Source: a virus (Duplodnaviria > Caudoviricetes). Taken from it: a stretch of 64,000 bases of DNA. The position numbers and the translations under genes were made by a program. Below the pieces are notes generated by a model. That model was not told the DNA's origin and ran no database searches. It saw only the letters and a list, made by a program, of their open reading frames with translations. Shown one piece after another: positions 44,481-52,795 of this stretch (position 1 is its first letter; every line of letters starts with the position of its first letter). The stretch is taken from positions 34,639-98,638 of the IMG/VR virus record IMGVR_UViG_3300032306_000439. One strand, 5' to 3'.

Positions 44481-46163
44481 TTACTCGCCTAGACCTAGGT
44501 AGCTAAGTAGACCCGAGTCCTTTTTTGATTCATCTTCCTTGGACAGCTCGTAACCAAGACCTGCCAGACCAGCAGTCCCTAGAATAGCCCCAGGAACTTT
44601 AAGGTGCTTTAGGACGTCAGCTACGTAAGTAGTGTATGGGACAACGTTCCTCTTGGCTAGTGACATTGCAGACCCCAGGCCTTCGCTCTTTAGCAGGTGC
44701 CTAAAAGCGTTTCTATTGGCTACCGTCTCGTCTCTTAGAATTCCAAGGGAGGAACGTATGCCAGGCGCTCTTGTGCGATCCACGCTATCCAAGAAATCCT
44801 CAGCGTGTCCTAGCTCATGCAGTAGCATGTTTTTATCGGCGGTGCTGGATATTCTTCGGTGTCTTGGGCCGAAATCAAAAGACGGCGACTCAGTGCCACG
44901 ATAAAATGCGTGCGACGGATCTGTAGTTACAGATATATCCTCCAATTTAATATTGGTAGGGTTTTCATTTATGTATTTCTTGGCGGCGTCCAGGACTCTG
45001 GTCTTCAATGTCTCTCTGGCTTGTGGCTCCGTAAGACCGGTGTCCATTAGTTCCTTAACAGAGTTTCTCAGGTCCTCATTAGCAGTTCGTAGGTACTTGC
45101 CTCTGGCCCAATCTGATATTGATCCGCTCATAAACGGAGAAGCTCCTAGGCCAACGGCGCCTAGTCCCAGGGCGGCCTCACCTGCGGATAAGTCCGACCC
45201 AGGTACCTTGCTTGCCCCGTATATTAGGCCAGCGCCTGCTGCCCCTAGACCAAGCCTGGCTATGTTTCTAGAATTGCCTATTAGCTTGTTTAGTCTGTTA
45301 TTTTTGGCCAATTGCACGTTGGCCATCTCTATCAGTTTTTGCTGTGGTAGGTCAGGGTGCTTATCTGCAAGCTCCCGGAATATCTTACCCACTCTGACTT
45401 CGTCAGTTGGGCGATACTCCAGAACCGTGTCGAACATATCTGACCTAAGAATATCGTTAGGTAGTATGTCCTCTACGTTCTTGTTAAACTTCTCTGGGAA
45501 TGCGGCTCCTATGGTGTTGGAGCAGGTACCTCCCTCGCATCTAAGCCTCTCAGCGAGTCTTCTATAGGACTCTTGCTTACTCACCAGGTCGCCGGGGTCC
45601 CTAGCAGGTCCCGACCTCAAAAATTTGGGTACTAAGAGCTCTTTTAGCCCTGCCTTTAGCCCTCGTGTCTTAGAGTAGTCCACATTGGCATCTAAGACAT
45701 GCACCATTTGCTGGCTCAAGGCCTCTATGTCATTAGGGTTTTTGAGCCTCAAAACCCTTAGGTTCCTATCTTTCTCTATGCCTCCAGCTGACCCTGTGCC
45801 GAACATCTTTCCCGCAGCAGTATCAGCTGTGTTTATACTGTCGTCTCTATTTTTGCCGAGGTAGGCTGATACGTGATGAAAGTCGGGCTCGCCCGTAACA
45901 GACGCGATCTGGGCTTTTAGCGACCCAGGCTCTGATCCACCGGATATAACAATGTCACCCGGCTTCAGTGACTTAGTTACATCAGAGAAGTCCCCAGTGC
46001 GAAGTCCCGCATCTGGTAGGACCGCGTCTCTGTTTATAAGGCCTACAGCCATAGGGTATGCGGCAGCTGCCGCCATGGCTGAGTTTCTAGCTAGGTTACT
46101 CTCTTCTTCTTCGGCCTGCTTTATAGCTAAAGAAGCTCCTATTCTGTAGGCTCTATCCAGCAT
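44481..46163 (-). CDS. Permuted NlpC/P60-like amidase plus zincin metallopeptidase protein
   Basis: LKPGDIV, FHHVSAYLG, TCSNTI, ILPNDI (His before Cys); LLHELGHA...E..AN. Confidence 0.65.
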   Translation of the reverse strand: MLDRAYRIGASLAIKQAEEEESNLARNSAMAAAAAYPMAVGLINRDAVLPDAGLRTGDFSDVTKSLKPGDIVISGGSEPGSLKAQIASVTGEPDFHHVSAYLGKNRDDSINTADTAAGKMFGTGSAGGIEKDRNLRVLRLKNPNDIEALSQQMVHVLDANVDYSKTRGLKAGLKELLVPKFLRSGPARDPGDLVSKQESYRRLAERLRCEGGTCSNTIGAAFPEKFNKNVEDILPNDILRSDMFDTVLEYRPTDEVRVGKIFRELADKHPDLPQQKLIEMANVQLAKNNRLNKLIGNSRNIARLGLGAAGAGLIYGASKVPGSDLSAGEAALGLGAVGLGASPFMSGSISDWARGKYLRTANEDLRNSVKELMDTGLTEPQARETLKTRVLDAAKKYINENPTNIKLEDISVTTDPSHAFYRGTESPSFDFGPRHRRISSTADKNMLLHELGHAEDFLDSVDRTRAPGIRSSLGILRDETVANRNAFRHLLKSEGLGSAMSLAKRNVVPYTTYVADVLKHLKVPGAILGTAGLAGLGYELSKEDESKKDSGLLSYLGLGE

Positions 46164-46166
46164 GTA

Positions 46167-47591
46167 TCACCCGCAGTAGAGGAATCCGTATACGCCAGAG
46201 GCCTTGCCATCTGCGTCGAATACGGGGGTCTCTAGAGCCTTGCCTACAGTGTAAGACCGTATGAGGTCGTCGTCTTGCTTCATCAGGTAGCCTGGAGTGC
46301 TAGACGTGCATAGCAAGTCTCCGACCTCTACTGGGCCGTTCTCGTTGCAGACTAGGAAGCCGGCCAGTCCAGAGGTTCTGTTATCACCGACTGCGGCTAC
46401 TTGTACTTTTAGGCCATTATCACTAGAGCCGAGACTGTCGACGTTTAAAGACTTGCACTGTATAGCTACCCCTACGCAATTCTTTGCCCTAGGGCTAGAG
46501 GATACCTCTGCAACTCCATTGTTTAGGACCACGGCCGAACCCGAAGGTATGCCAGTTGCAACTTTGTATACGTGGGATCCGGTAAATGGGTAAGGGGAAC
46601 CCTCAAGTTCAACTGGAGCTGTTAAGTAACTACCCCCAGTAGCTACTAATGGTACGGGTATGCTAACAGTGCTGGCGTATAAAGAAAGTACTGTGACTGG
46701 GTCTGAGGCAAGGTCCGAGGCTACGTTTATATCAAGCCTAGTGTCCCTGCTAGCCACGCCCCACGAGGATTGGTCTGAGTAAGCTACTATAGAGGCGGCG
46801 GTCTGTATGGCAGAAACTCCCCTCTTCCCAGAGAACCTGACTTCCCCTAATACGTCTTCGTCATTAATTCCCGAGTCAAACCTAGTTAAGGATACTAGGC
46901 CACCAGTAGCATCAATAGAGGTTAGTTCCTCACCGCTTATTTCACCGCTGCTAATTATGTCTCCATAAGACTCCAGGCCTGACGTCTTTGTAAGACCCTG
47001 GACCTCTAGCTTATAGGGAACTCCTGTGGTAGATGAAGACGCAGATAGAGTCTCTTCATTATCCCCGATTACTAAAGCCCCGCTAGCAGCTCCCGGAGAG
47101 CTGTCATTAGATGCGTATACGAACCTATCCAGCTTTAGCAGATTGCTAAGGTCCGGAGCAGGAACCCCTGTAAGAAGTAGCTCTATGGTACATACACCGG
47201 AGTTTACCGACAGGACCTTGGCTACAGGCTGTAAAAAGTTGCCATCTACGTCTGTCAGCTCAGTAGTGGATTCCCCCGCCGTACCCGAGCTTAAGTAAAG
47301 TATTGCTCCAGCAGACACTCCTGACTTTGTCAGGGTTGTAATACCGCTGGTCATTACTTCACATCTAGTGTTAGACAGAAGCTTAGTTACTATGCCATAT
47401 GCCAGGGTAGTAGAGTTGTTGGCCTGTGCCTTCTGTACTCTTCTTGTGAGAGTGTTTACGGAGACAAAGCTCCCCACTGAAACGGCTGATCCAGTGGAGT
47501 TAAACTCTTCTATACAAGCGCTAAGAGACTCCGCCGGGCCTATTACGCCTGTATTAGTATCGAGCCTTTGGACTATAGTTCTCTTTGCCAT
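46167..47591 (-). CDS. Fibre/spike protein with C-terminal chaperone-like domain
   Basis: ENGPVEVGDLLCTSSTPGYLMKQDDD...TVGKA C-terminal motif common in phage fibre proteins. Confidence 0.65.
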   Translation of the reverse strand: MAKRTIVQRLDTNTGVIGPAESLSACIEEFNSTGSAVSVGSFVSVNTLTRRVQKAQANNSTTLAYGIVTKLLSNTRCEVMTSGITTLTKSGVSAGAILYLSSGTAGESTTELTDVDGNFLQPVAKVLSVNSGVCTIELLLTGVPAPDLSNLLKLDRFVYASNDSSPGAASGALVIGDNEETLSASSSTTGVPYKLEVQGLTKTSGLESYGDIISSGEISGEELTSIDATGGLVSLTRFDSGINDEDVLGEVRFSGKRGVSAIQTAASIVAYSDQSSWGVASRDTRLDINVASDLASDPVTVLSLYASTVSIPVPLVATGGSYLTAPVELEGSPYPFTGSHVYKVATGIPSGSAVVLNNGVAEVSSSPRAKNCVGVAIQCKSLNVDSLGSSDNGLKVQVAAVGDNRTSGLAGFLVCNENGPVEVGDLLCTSSTPGYLMKQDDDLIRSYTVGKALETPVFDADGKASGVYGFLYCG

Positions 47592-47593
47592 GA

Positions 47594-48475
47594 TTAGTAC
47601 TGTCCACCCATGTCAACAGGCATCTGCTCTGGGTACAGGCCAACAGAAGCGTCTGCGGGAGTCGCCCCTAGGTAAGAGCCTATGCCGCCACCACCCCTGT
47701 TCTTAAGTAGGGCTGCTGCGCCAAGGGCGGCTCCTAGGCCTCCTAGGATCTTAAAGGGCATGCCCTTAGCCTTGGTTAGCTTAGAGGCCAGCTCCTGCTC
47801 TAAGTTTTTGGCTCTGTTTAGTATCCTGCCTTCTGTGCGGAGGAGCATGCCACCGGGATCTCTTAGGCCATGCTCCCTAGCAGCATCTCTTAGGGCCTCA
47901 AGAGCTCTGCCTTTCTGGGCGTAGCCTCCTCCTGACTCCCTCATAATCTTCAGAAGGTCATCCCCATCTTTCCCTATCATCGGCCCCAGGGCCTCTTGGG
48001 CCATCCACCTGGACCCCATGGGAGCCAGCCTGTGCCCTGCCGCAGTTCCGGCAAGGCCGGACAAACCTATAGCAGCCGCCTCCTCTAGAGAGGGCCTACC
48101 ATCGTCAGCCAAGGAAGCGAACTTCCTCATTAGCATTCTCTCAAACGGATTATTAGGCTGCGCGGCGGCTACTCGTACTGACATGTCTTTGTTCTCCATA
48201 TTAAGGGGCTCTAACTTAGCGTTTATTGGTTTTGGCATGGCTACTTGATTCAGCGGCTCAGGCTGGGGCGCCACGGGGGCTGCAGCTAGCCCTGAAGTGC
48301 TGGGCGCCACTGTCTGAGGAGCCACGGTCTGTTCTAACTTCTTCATGGCTATCTCCTCCTCAAGTTCAGCCTGGCGTCTCAAGCGCATCTTTTTTAGTAG
48401 CTTCATCAGGCGAGAGAACTTAGAGTACTCCTCTAGTTCTTCTGGCAGTAGGTGTACTTCTGGTAGCTCTTCCAT
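47594..48475 (-). CDS. Putative virion protein (K-x-A motif, Gly-zipper helices)
   Basis: MRKFAS then GLSGLAGTAAG and GGLGAALGAAA. Confidence 0.5.
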   Translation of the reverse strand: MEELPEVHLLPEELEEYSKFSRLMKLLKKMRLRRQAELEEEIAMKKLEQTVAPQTVAPSTSGLAAAPVAPQPEPLNQVAMPKPINAKLEPLNMENKDMSVRVAAAQPNNPFERMLMRKFASLADDGRPSLEEAAAIGLSGLAGTAAGHRLAPMGSRWMAQEALGPMIGKDGDDLLKIMRESGGGYAQKGRALEALRDAAREHGLRDPGGMLLRTEGRILNRAKNLEQELASKLTKAKGMPFKILGGLGAALGAAALLKNRGGGGIGSYLGATPADASVGLYPEQMPVDMGGQY

Positions 48476-48553
48476 CGTGCGTAAGTATAGCCTCAGTTTT
48501 GTGCCGCAGAAAACCTTTCATTTATGGTATAAGATTTAAGCTTCGGAGTCTAA

Positions 48554-49033
48554 ATGATAACTAAGAGCCAAGCAGCTAGCCTTTGTCGCACTATACGTAA
48601 GGACTTCCCAGGGGAAGATCTTTTAGACGTAAAGGTGTCGCCCTGCGGCATAGTATCAGCCGGTGAAGATCCTGGCTGTTTCTGTAAGGAAACGTGGGAA
48701 GAGAAGCTGCCTAAAGCTGCCTACGAAGCAGTAGTGCTGCCCATCCCAGCTTTGTTTCACGGTATGCCTGAGTCAGTAAAGGCGGCCACGGTATTCCCCT
48801 ACTGGAAAGCCATGTTGTCCAAGGATGGCGAGAGTTCCTTGGACTTGATCGAATCCGAGAGCCTGAGGGCTTTTGCTCATGCAATGTCGGTCCTTTCAAA
48901 GGAGGAGCAAGACCCATACATCGCTGTGAAGAGAGCTGTGAAGATTGTTAGGGCGTGTGGTGGCCTGAGAGTGTTTGAGTCTCTCTTTGGCCTTTCTTAC
49001 AACAAGGCCCCAATTGGCGGGGTCATTAATTAA
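48554..49033 (+). CDS. Hypothetical protein
   Basis: Preceded by TGGTATAAG and GGAG. Confidence 0.6.
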   Translation: MITKSQAASLCRTIRKDFPGEDLLDVKVSPCGIVSAGEDPGCFCKETWEEKLPKAAYEAVVLPIPALFHGMPESVKAATVFPYWKAMLSKDGESSLDLIESESLRAFAHAMSVLSKEEQDPYIAVKRAVKIVRACGGLRVFESLFGLSYNKAPIGGVIN

Positions 49034-49041
49034 AGGTCGTT

Positions 49042-49896
49042 ATGTCGATCAAGAACGCGTTAGAGATTGAGATCGCAGAACTCGAGAAGGCTGTTGAGGC
49101 TACTGCTCAACGCCTGGAGCCTCTCCGCAAGGAACTGGCCTTCCAGGAGAACGAGCTGGCCAGTATGCTAGAGATCGTCGAGGAGCAAAAGGCCAAGGTC
49201 AGTCGGGCGAAGGAGTCGCTCAAGGTTCTTTCTGGCGCTGGTGCTGAGCACCTGAAGAAGGTGCGGTTCTTCGAGACAATCGTAGTGAGCGGTCTAGACG
49301 TCCTGGGCCTGTCCGACCCCGAGGGGGTGTGTGAGCGCTTGGACCGCCTCTCCGGCCTGCTGACGGAAGGCACCGTAAAGGCCAAGGAGGAGGAGAAGGT
49401 AGAGCCGGCTCCCCCCGTTATCGTCGTGGAGGCGCCGCCAGCCCCAGCCCCCGTGGTCCAGCCCCCGAGAATGCGGAGATACGTCGAGAAGCCCCAGTCA
49501 GAGACGGCGACGGAATGGGTGGTACGAATGGCCAACATGGTGGCCAAAGGGAGTCTGGCCTGCCTGGACACTGGCCACAGCCCCTTGCAGCTCTTGGCGG
49601 CCTGGTCCGTCAAGGAGCTGACAATGCAGGGCAGGAGCAACAACTACCACGTCGTCGGTAGTTATATGATGGCGGAGGAAATTTGCAAGACCCTCAAGGA
49701 CGGCGGGGTTGCCAGGGTCGACCTGGCCTACTGGCGGGAGAAGATGAAGAGCGCGGCCAGCCGGGCGTGCGTGTCTGGCCTGCCCATCCGGCAGATCGAC
49801 TACACCAAGGCAAACGTGCCCCGTCACATCGGCAAGACGGGCAGCACCAAGGGGTTTGAGTGGGCTCCAGGCAAGTCCACTACGATCATCCCGTGA
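49042..49896 (+). CDS. Coiled-coil hypothetical protein
   Basis: N-terminal heptads, Pro-rich linker, GC3-rich. Confidence 0.65.
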   Translation: MSIKNALEIEIAELEKAVEATAQRLEPLRKELAFQENELASMLEIVEEQKAKVSRAKESLKVLSGAGAEHLKKVRFFETIVVSGLDVLGLSDPEGVCERLDRLSGLLTEGTVKAKEEEKVEPAPPVIVVEAPPAPAPVVQPPRMRRYVEKPQSETATEWVVRMANMVAKGSLACLDTGHSPLQLLAAWSVKELTMQGRSNNYHVVGSYMMAEEICKTLKDGGVARVDLAYWREKMKSAASRACVSGLPIRQIDYTKANVPRHIGKTGSTKGFEWAPGKSTTIIP

Positions 49897-50147
49897 GCTG
49901 CGGCTGCAGGAGGCAACCTCCTATTGACCTGTCCAAGGTCATAAAAGAGATTGGAGAGGTGCCTGGTGTTAGTGAAGTAAGTAGGACCACTGAATGCAAC
50001 GCTGATCTAAAATTAGTAGTTGACAACAAAGTGGTTTTACTAAAACTTAGACCAGGTAAACCCTCCTGCAGCAAAGTGATCAGAGTAATGCCGTCCTCTG
50101 ATCCAATGATATTAGTAAGAAGGCTGGTGAATGAGGCGCGACGATAA
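49893..50147 (+). CDS. Hypothetical protein
   Basis: GTGA coupling to the previous gene. Confidence 0.5.
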   Translation: MSCGCRRQPPIDLSKVIKEIGEVPGVSEVSRTTECNADLKLVVDNKVVLLKLRPGKPSCSKVIRVMPSSDPMILVRRLVNEARR

Positions 50148-50388
50148 GACTGGGTTAGAAGTCGAAACCCTGACCCACTACCTGATTATGGCTCTTGATA
50201 ACTTAGACCTCTACGGAAGGGTGGTAAGTTACGACCCTGTCCAGATAGAAGTAGAAGAGGGAGAGAAGCCTCTCGGTTATGTCTTGATCATGGAAGACGG
50301 CAGCCGAGTATATCCGCCAGACTTTCACCGAGTCGACAAGGCGGAGAAGATGATGCTTGAATACCTAAAAGAAGATCGTCTTCTCTAG
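50131..50388 (+). CDS. Hypothetical protein
   Basis: Operonic 85-aa ORF. Confidence 0.55.
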   Translation: MRRDDKTGLEVETLTHYLIMALDNLDLYGRVVSYDPVQIEVEEGEKPLGYVLIMEDGSRVYPPDFHRVDKAEKMMLEYLKEDRLL

Positions 50389-50439
50389 CGCAAAAGTCTG
50401 GACATATCTGTTAAAAGATATTATCTAGACCGTGTAGCT

Positions 50440-50521
50440 GCCCGGATGGTGGAACGGTAGACACAGGGGACTTAAAATCCCTCGCCTAGTAAGCGTGCGG
50501 GTTCGAGTCCCGCTCCGGGTA
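50440..50521 (+). tRNA. tRNA-Leu(TAA)
   Basis: Cloverleaf, GGGGA-CT-TAA-AA-TCCCT, long variable arm, GTTCGAG T-loop. Confidence 0.93.
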
Positions 50522-50547
50522 CTTCATTGAAAATGAATAGCGTCTCT

Positions 50548-50635
50548 GGAGGGGTGGCCGAGTGGTTTAAGGCACCGGTCTTGAAAACCGTCGTGGGGAG
50601 ACCCACCGTGAGTTCGAATCTCACCCCCTCCGCCA
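50548..50635 (+). tRNA. tRNA-Ser(TGA)
   Basis: Cloverleaf with long variable arm, encoded CCA. Confidence 0.95.
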
Positions 50636-50640
50636 TCGGC

Positions 50641-50865
50641 GTGCGACCGTCGATACGTTCTGGTGTGCGATTCACATCAGCGAATCCAGCAGCGATAATG
50701 CGGCGTGACCTGTCTACGACAAGGACAGGCCATTTTGCAGTTGTTGGATAACCCAACTGCACGTCGCAGGATACGTATTCCTGACGCAGCCCTACGTTAT
50801 TGGGTTCCTGTTGCCCAGCAGGGAGTAGGAGTTGAGGACGCTCAACTAATACTAGAGGGTCGCAC
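50641..50865 (+). ncRNA. Unidentified multi-helix structured RNA
   Basis: Closing stem GTGCGACC/GGTCGCAC enclosing about six hairpins and a TGCGGCGTG/CACGTCGCA three-way junction; sits between two tRNAs. Confidence 0.65.
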
Positions 50866-50878
50866 CTCATGGGTTTAT

Positions 50879-50952
50879 GTCTTCGTAGCTCAGTTGGATA
50901 GAGCACAGCTTTCCTAAAGCTGGGGTCGCAGGTTCAAATCCTGCCGGGGACG
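50879..50952 (+). tRNA. tRNA-Arg(CCT)
   Basis: CAGCT-TT-CCT-AA-AGCTG anticodon arm. Confidence 0.93.
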
Positions 50953-50955
50953 TTT

Positions 50956-51028
50956 GCGGGAGTAACTCAGTTGGTAGAGTGTCAGCCTTCCAAGCTGATT
51001 GTCGCGGGTTCGAACCCCGTCTCCCGCT
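50956..51028 (+). tRNA. tRNA-Gly(TCC)
   Basis: TCAGC-CT-TCC-AA-GCTGA. Confidence 0.95.
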
Positions 51029-51033
51029 CAAAT

Positions 51034-51117
51034 GCGAAGTTGGTGGAACTGGCAGACACACAGGATTTAGGTTCCTGCGGCCGAGAGGCCATGAGGGTTC
51101 GACCCCCTCACTTCGCA
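51034..51117 (+). tRNA. tRNA-Leu(TAG)
   Basis: CAGGA-TT-TAG-GT-TCCTG, long variable arm. Confidence 0.93.
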
Positions 51118-51123
51118 CTACTA

Positions 51124-51197
51124 GCGTCCGTAGCTCAGCCGGATAGAGCACCGTCCTTCTAAGTCGGGGGTCGCAGGTTCGAGTCCTGCCGGACGCG
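51124..51197 (+). tRNA. tRNA-Arg(TCT)
   Basis: CCGTC-CT-TCT-AA-GTCGG (one stem mismatch). Confidence 0.9.
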
Positions 51198-51203
51198 CAA
51201 TTA

Positions 51204-51276
51204 GGGTCCTTAGCTCAACTGGGAGAGCGCCTGCTTTGCACGCAGGAGGTTAGCGGTTCGATCCCGCTAGGATCCA
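51204..51276 (+). tRNA. tRNA-Ala(TGC)
   Basis: CCTGC-TT-TGC-AC-GCAGG; G3-U70 pair. Confidence 0.95.
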
Positions 51277-51282
51277 CAATAT

Positions 51283-51355
51283 GGCAGCATAGCTCAGTTG
51301 GTAGAGCGTCGCTTTTACATAGCGAATGCCGGGGGTTCGAGTCCCTCTGCTGCTA
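51283..51355 (+). tRNA. tRNA-Val(TAC)
   Basis: TCGCT-TT-TAC-AT-AGCGA. Confidence 0.92.
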
Positions 51356-51362
51356 CAATAAA

Positions 51363-51434
51363 GGGCTGCTAGCGCAATGGTAGCGCAGCGGACTTTTAAT
51401 CCGTTGGTTCTGGGTTCGAGTCCCAGGCGGCCCA
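51363..51434 (+). tRNA. tRNA-Lys(TTT)
   Basis: GCGGA-CT-TTT-AA-TCCGT. Confidence 0.93.
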
Positions 51435-51537
51435 CAATGCGTGACTCCTCCTAACGCAGTATGAAACGTTTGAGCGCGGTTCAAGAAAAGCCTGCTTGCT
51501 CTGGTAATTCTTCCAGGGGAGTGGTCTTAGGAGGTAT

Positions 51538-51614
51538 CGGGGTGTAGCGCAGCCTGGTAGCGCACCAGTTTTGGGTACTGGCAGTCGGAGGTTCAAATCC
51601 TCTCACCCCGACCA
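51538..51614 (+). tRNA. tRNA-Pro(TGG)
   Basis: CCAGT-TT-TGG-GT-ACTGG; encoded CCA. Confidence 0.95.
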
Positions 51615-51616
51615 TT

Positions 51617-51857
51617 AGCGGTGACTCGTCCTATCCGCTTTACAATAAAGGACGCTGAGCCTCATTCCGTGATGAGGGTATTGCTCAGTTTACACGGATA
51701 TAGTGGCCATGGCTCTATGCCACCGAATTGAATACCAGCCTGGCTTACCGCTGGGCGTGGGAGAGCTTTGTGCCTTGAGGGTGATAGGCCCTTATACTCC
51801 GCGCTGGGCACTGATAGAGTGATCCCGTCTATCGAGTAGAAAACGGGGTATTTTTTT
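51617..51857 (+). ncRNA. Unidentified RNA made of consecutive H-type pseudoknots
   Basis: Up to five stem-loops whose loops are complementary to the sequence just downstream; ends in a T-run. Confidence 0.55.
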
Positions 51858-51882
51858 CTTTGACATCTTCCGGGGGTATGGT

Positions 51883-52101
51883 ATGTACGTGTTGGTCAAC
51901 GGGACTAAGATCCCGTGCGGCTATGAAGGCGTGGTAACCCACCTGGAGAGTAAGTACTTCGGGTGGTATTTGGTCACAATGCCTGACGAGCAGTTTAGAG
52001 CTGCCTCTGAGGGCAAAGTCACTGGAGTCGGACTGGGTCTGGAGAAAAGGGATGACAAAATCCGGGCGCTGATCCGGCCAGCCTTCATCGAAGTCGAGTA
52101 A
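51883..52101 (+). CDS. Hypothetical protein
   Basis: 72-aa ORF; TTGACA and TGGTATGT promoter-like elements overlap its start. Confidence 0.55.
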   Translation: MYVLVNGTKIPCGYEGVVTHLESKYFGWYLVTMPDEQFRAASEGKVTGVGLGLEKRDDKIRALIRPAFIEVE

Positions 52102-52140
52102 TTATGTGGGCCTCTAGCTCAATCGGTTAGAGCAGACGAC

Positions 52141-52500
52141 TTAAGGCAGGTGGTGATGTTCGGAATGACAGTTTGCACAGAGAAGAATGCACTTTCGAGA
52201 TTCTGCCAGTAAGAGGGCAGGTGAACGATTAGAGCAACTCCGCATATCAAGCTGAAATAGTTTGGTCTGTGGATCGGTGTGATGGAAGTGTAGGGACCCT
52301 AGGTACTTTGAGTAACCACATACACAGCATTTTCCGCCAAGTAACGTAATCAACTCAGATCTACGTGCTAGGCCCCGACTGTGTTGTGCTGGATAACTTG
52401 AATTATTTCGGCCCTTACACCTTTTAGAGCACCACTTCTTCTTACGACCTGTTAAAAATTCGCCACAAATGCATTGGGTGGCATGGTTGGAAACTCCCAT
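52141..52500 (-). CDS. HNH endonuclease encoded antisense inside the intron
   Basis: CICG...CSKRC, GGKCCVCGY, LHFHH, KCILLCANCHSEHH. Confidence 0.88.
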   Translation of the reverse strand: MGVSNHATQCICGEFLTGRKKKWCSKRCKGRNNSSYPAQHSRGLARRSELITLLGGKCCVCGYSKYLGSLHFHHTDPQTKLFQLDMRSCSNRSPALLLAESRKCILLCANCHSEHHHLP

Positions 52501-52694
52501 GTACTAACTCCGTAAACTCGGGGAAAACTAAGGGTTATGATGAGAATCATAAGCTAGGTCAATCCCGAGCCAAGCCCTGTAAAGGGAAGGTGTAGAGACT
52601 AGACACGGAGAACCTAAACCGAAAGGCAAGGTTAAGAGATAGTCCAGACCACAAACAGGACCGAACTCCTGGTAGTGAAAACTATAGTGGTAAG
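52142..52694 (+). mobile_element. Group I intron with homing endonuclease
   Basis: Inserted after U33 and ends in G; core elements AAACTCGGGGAA, AATCCCGAGCCAAG, GTAGAGACTA, GATAGTCC (P7 GACTA/TAGTC). Confidence 0.9.
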
Positions 52695-52738
52695 CATAAT
52701 CGTCCGGTTCTCGGTTCAAGCCCGAGGGGGCCCACAGT

Positions 52739-52781
52739 AACGCCCGTCAGGTGTAAAAGCCTGGCGGGCGTTTATTTTTTT
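52739..52781 (+). terminator. Intrinsic terminator after tRNA-Ile2
   Basis: AACGCCCGTCAGG/CCTGGCGGGCGTT stem plus T-run. Confidence 0.85.
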
Positions 52782-52795
52782 AACTTAGAGGTCCA

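Larger units (their letters stand above)
52108..52734 (+). tRNA. tRNA-Ile2(CAT), exons 52108-52141 and 52695-52734, interrupted by a group I intron
   Basis: Joined exons give GGGCCTC...GACGA-CT^CAT-AA-TCGTC...GGGGCCCA, resembling bacterial ileX; tilS is adjacent. Confidence 0.9.

Noticed and set aside
50440-51117. Suppressor tRNAs or stop-codon recoding (anticodons TAA, TGA, TAG; TAG-rich DNA)
   Set aside because: These anticodons read UUA, UCA and CUA. Genes are intact in code 11 and use all three stop codons at sensible ends.
50472-51596. Short ORFs across the tRNA cluster
   Set aside because: They are translations of tRNA or ncRNA sequence.
51617-51857. tmRNA or theta (HDV-like) ribozyme
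   Set aside because: No tRNA-like acceptor or T-arm and no tag frame seen; the first pseudoknot lacks the nested P3/P1.1 of HDV-like folds.
52528-52719. 63-aa minus-strand ORF
   Set aside because: Antisense of the group I intron catalytic core.
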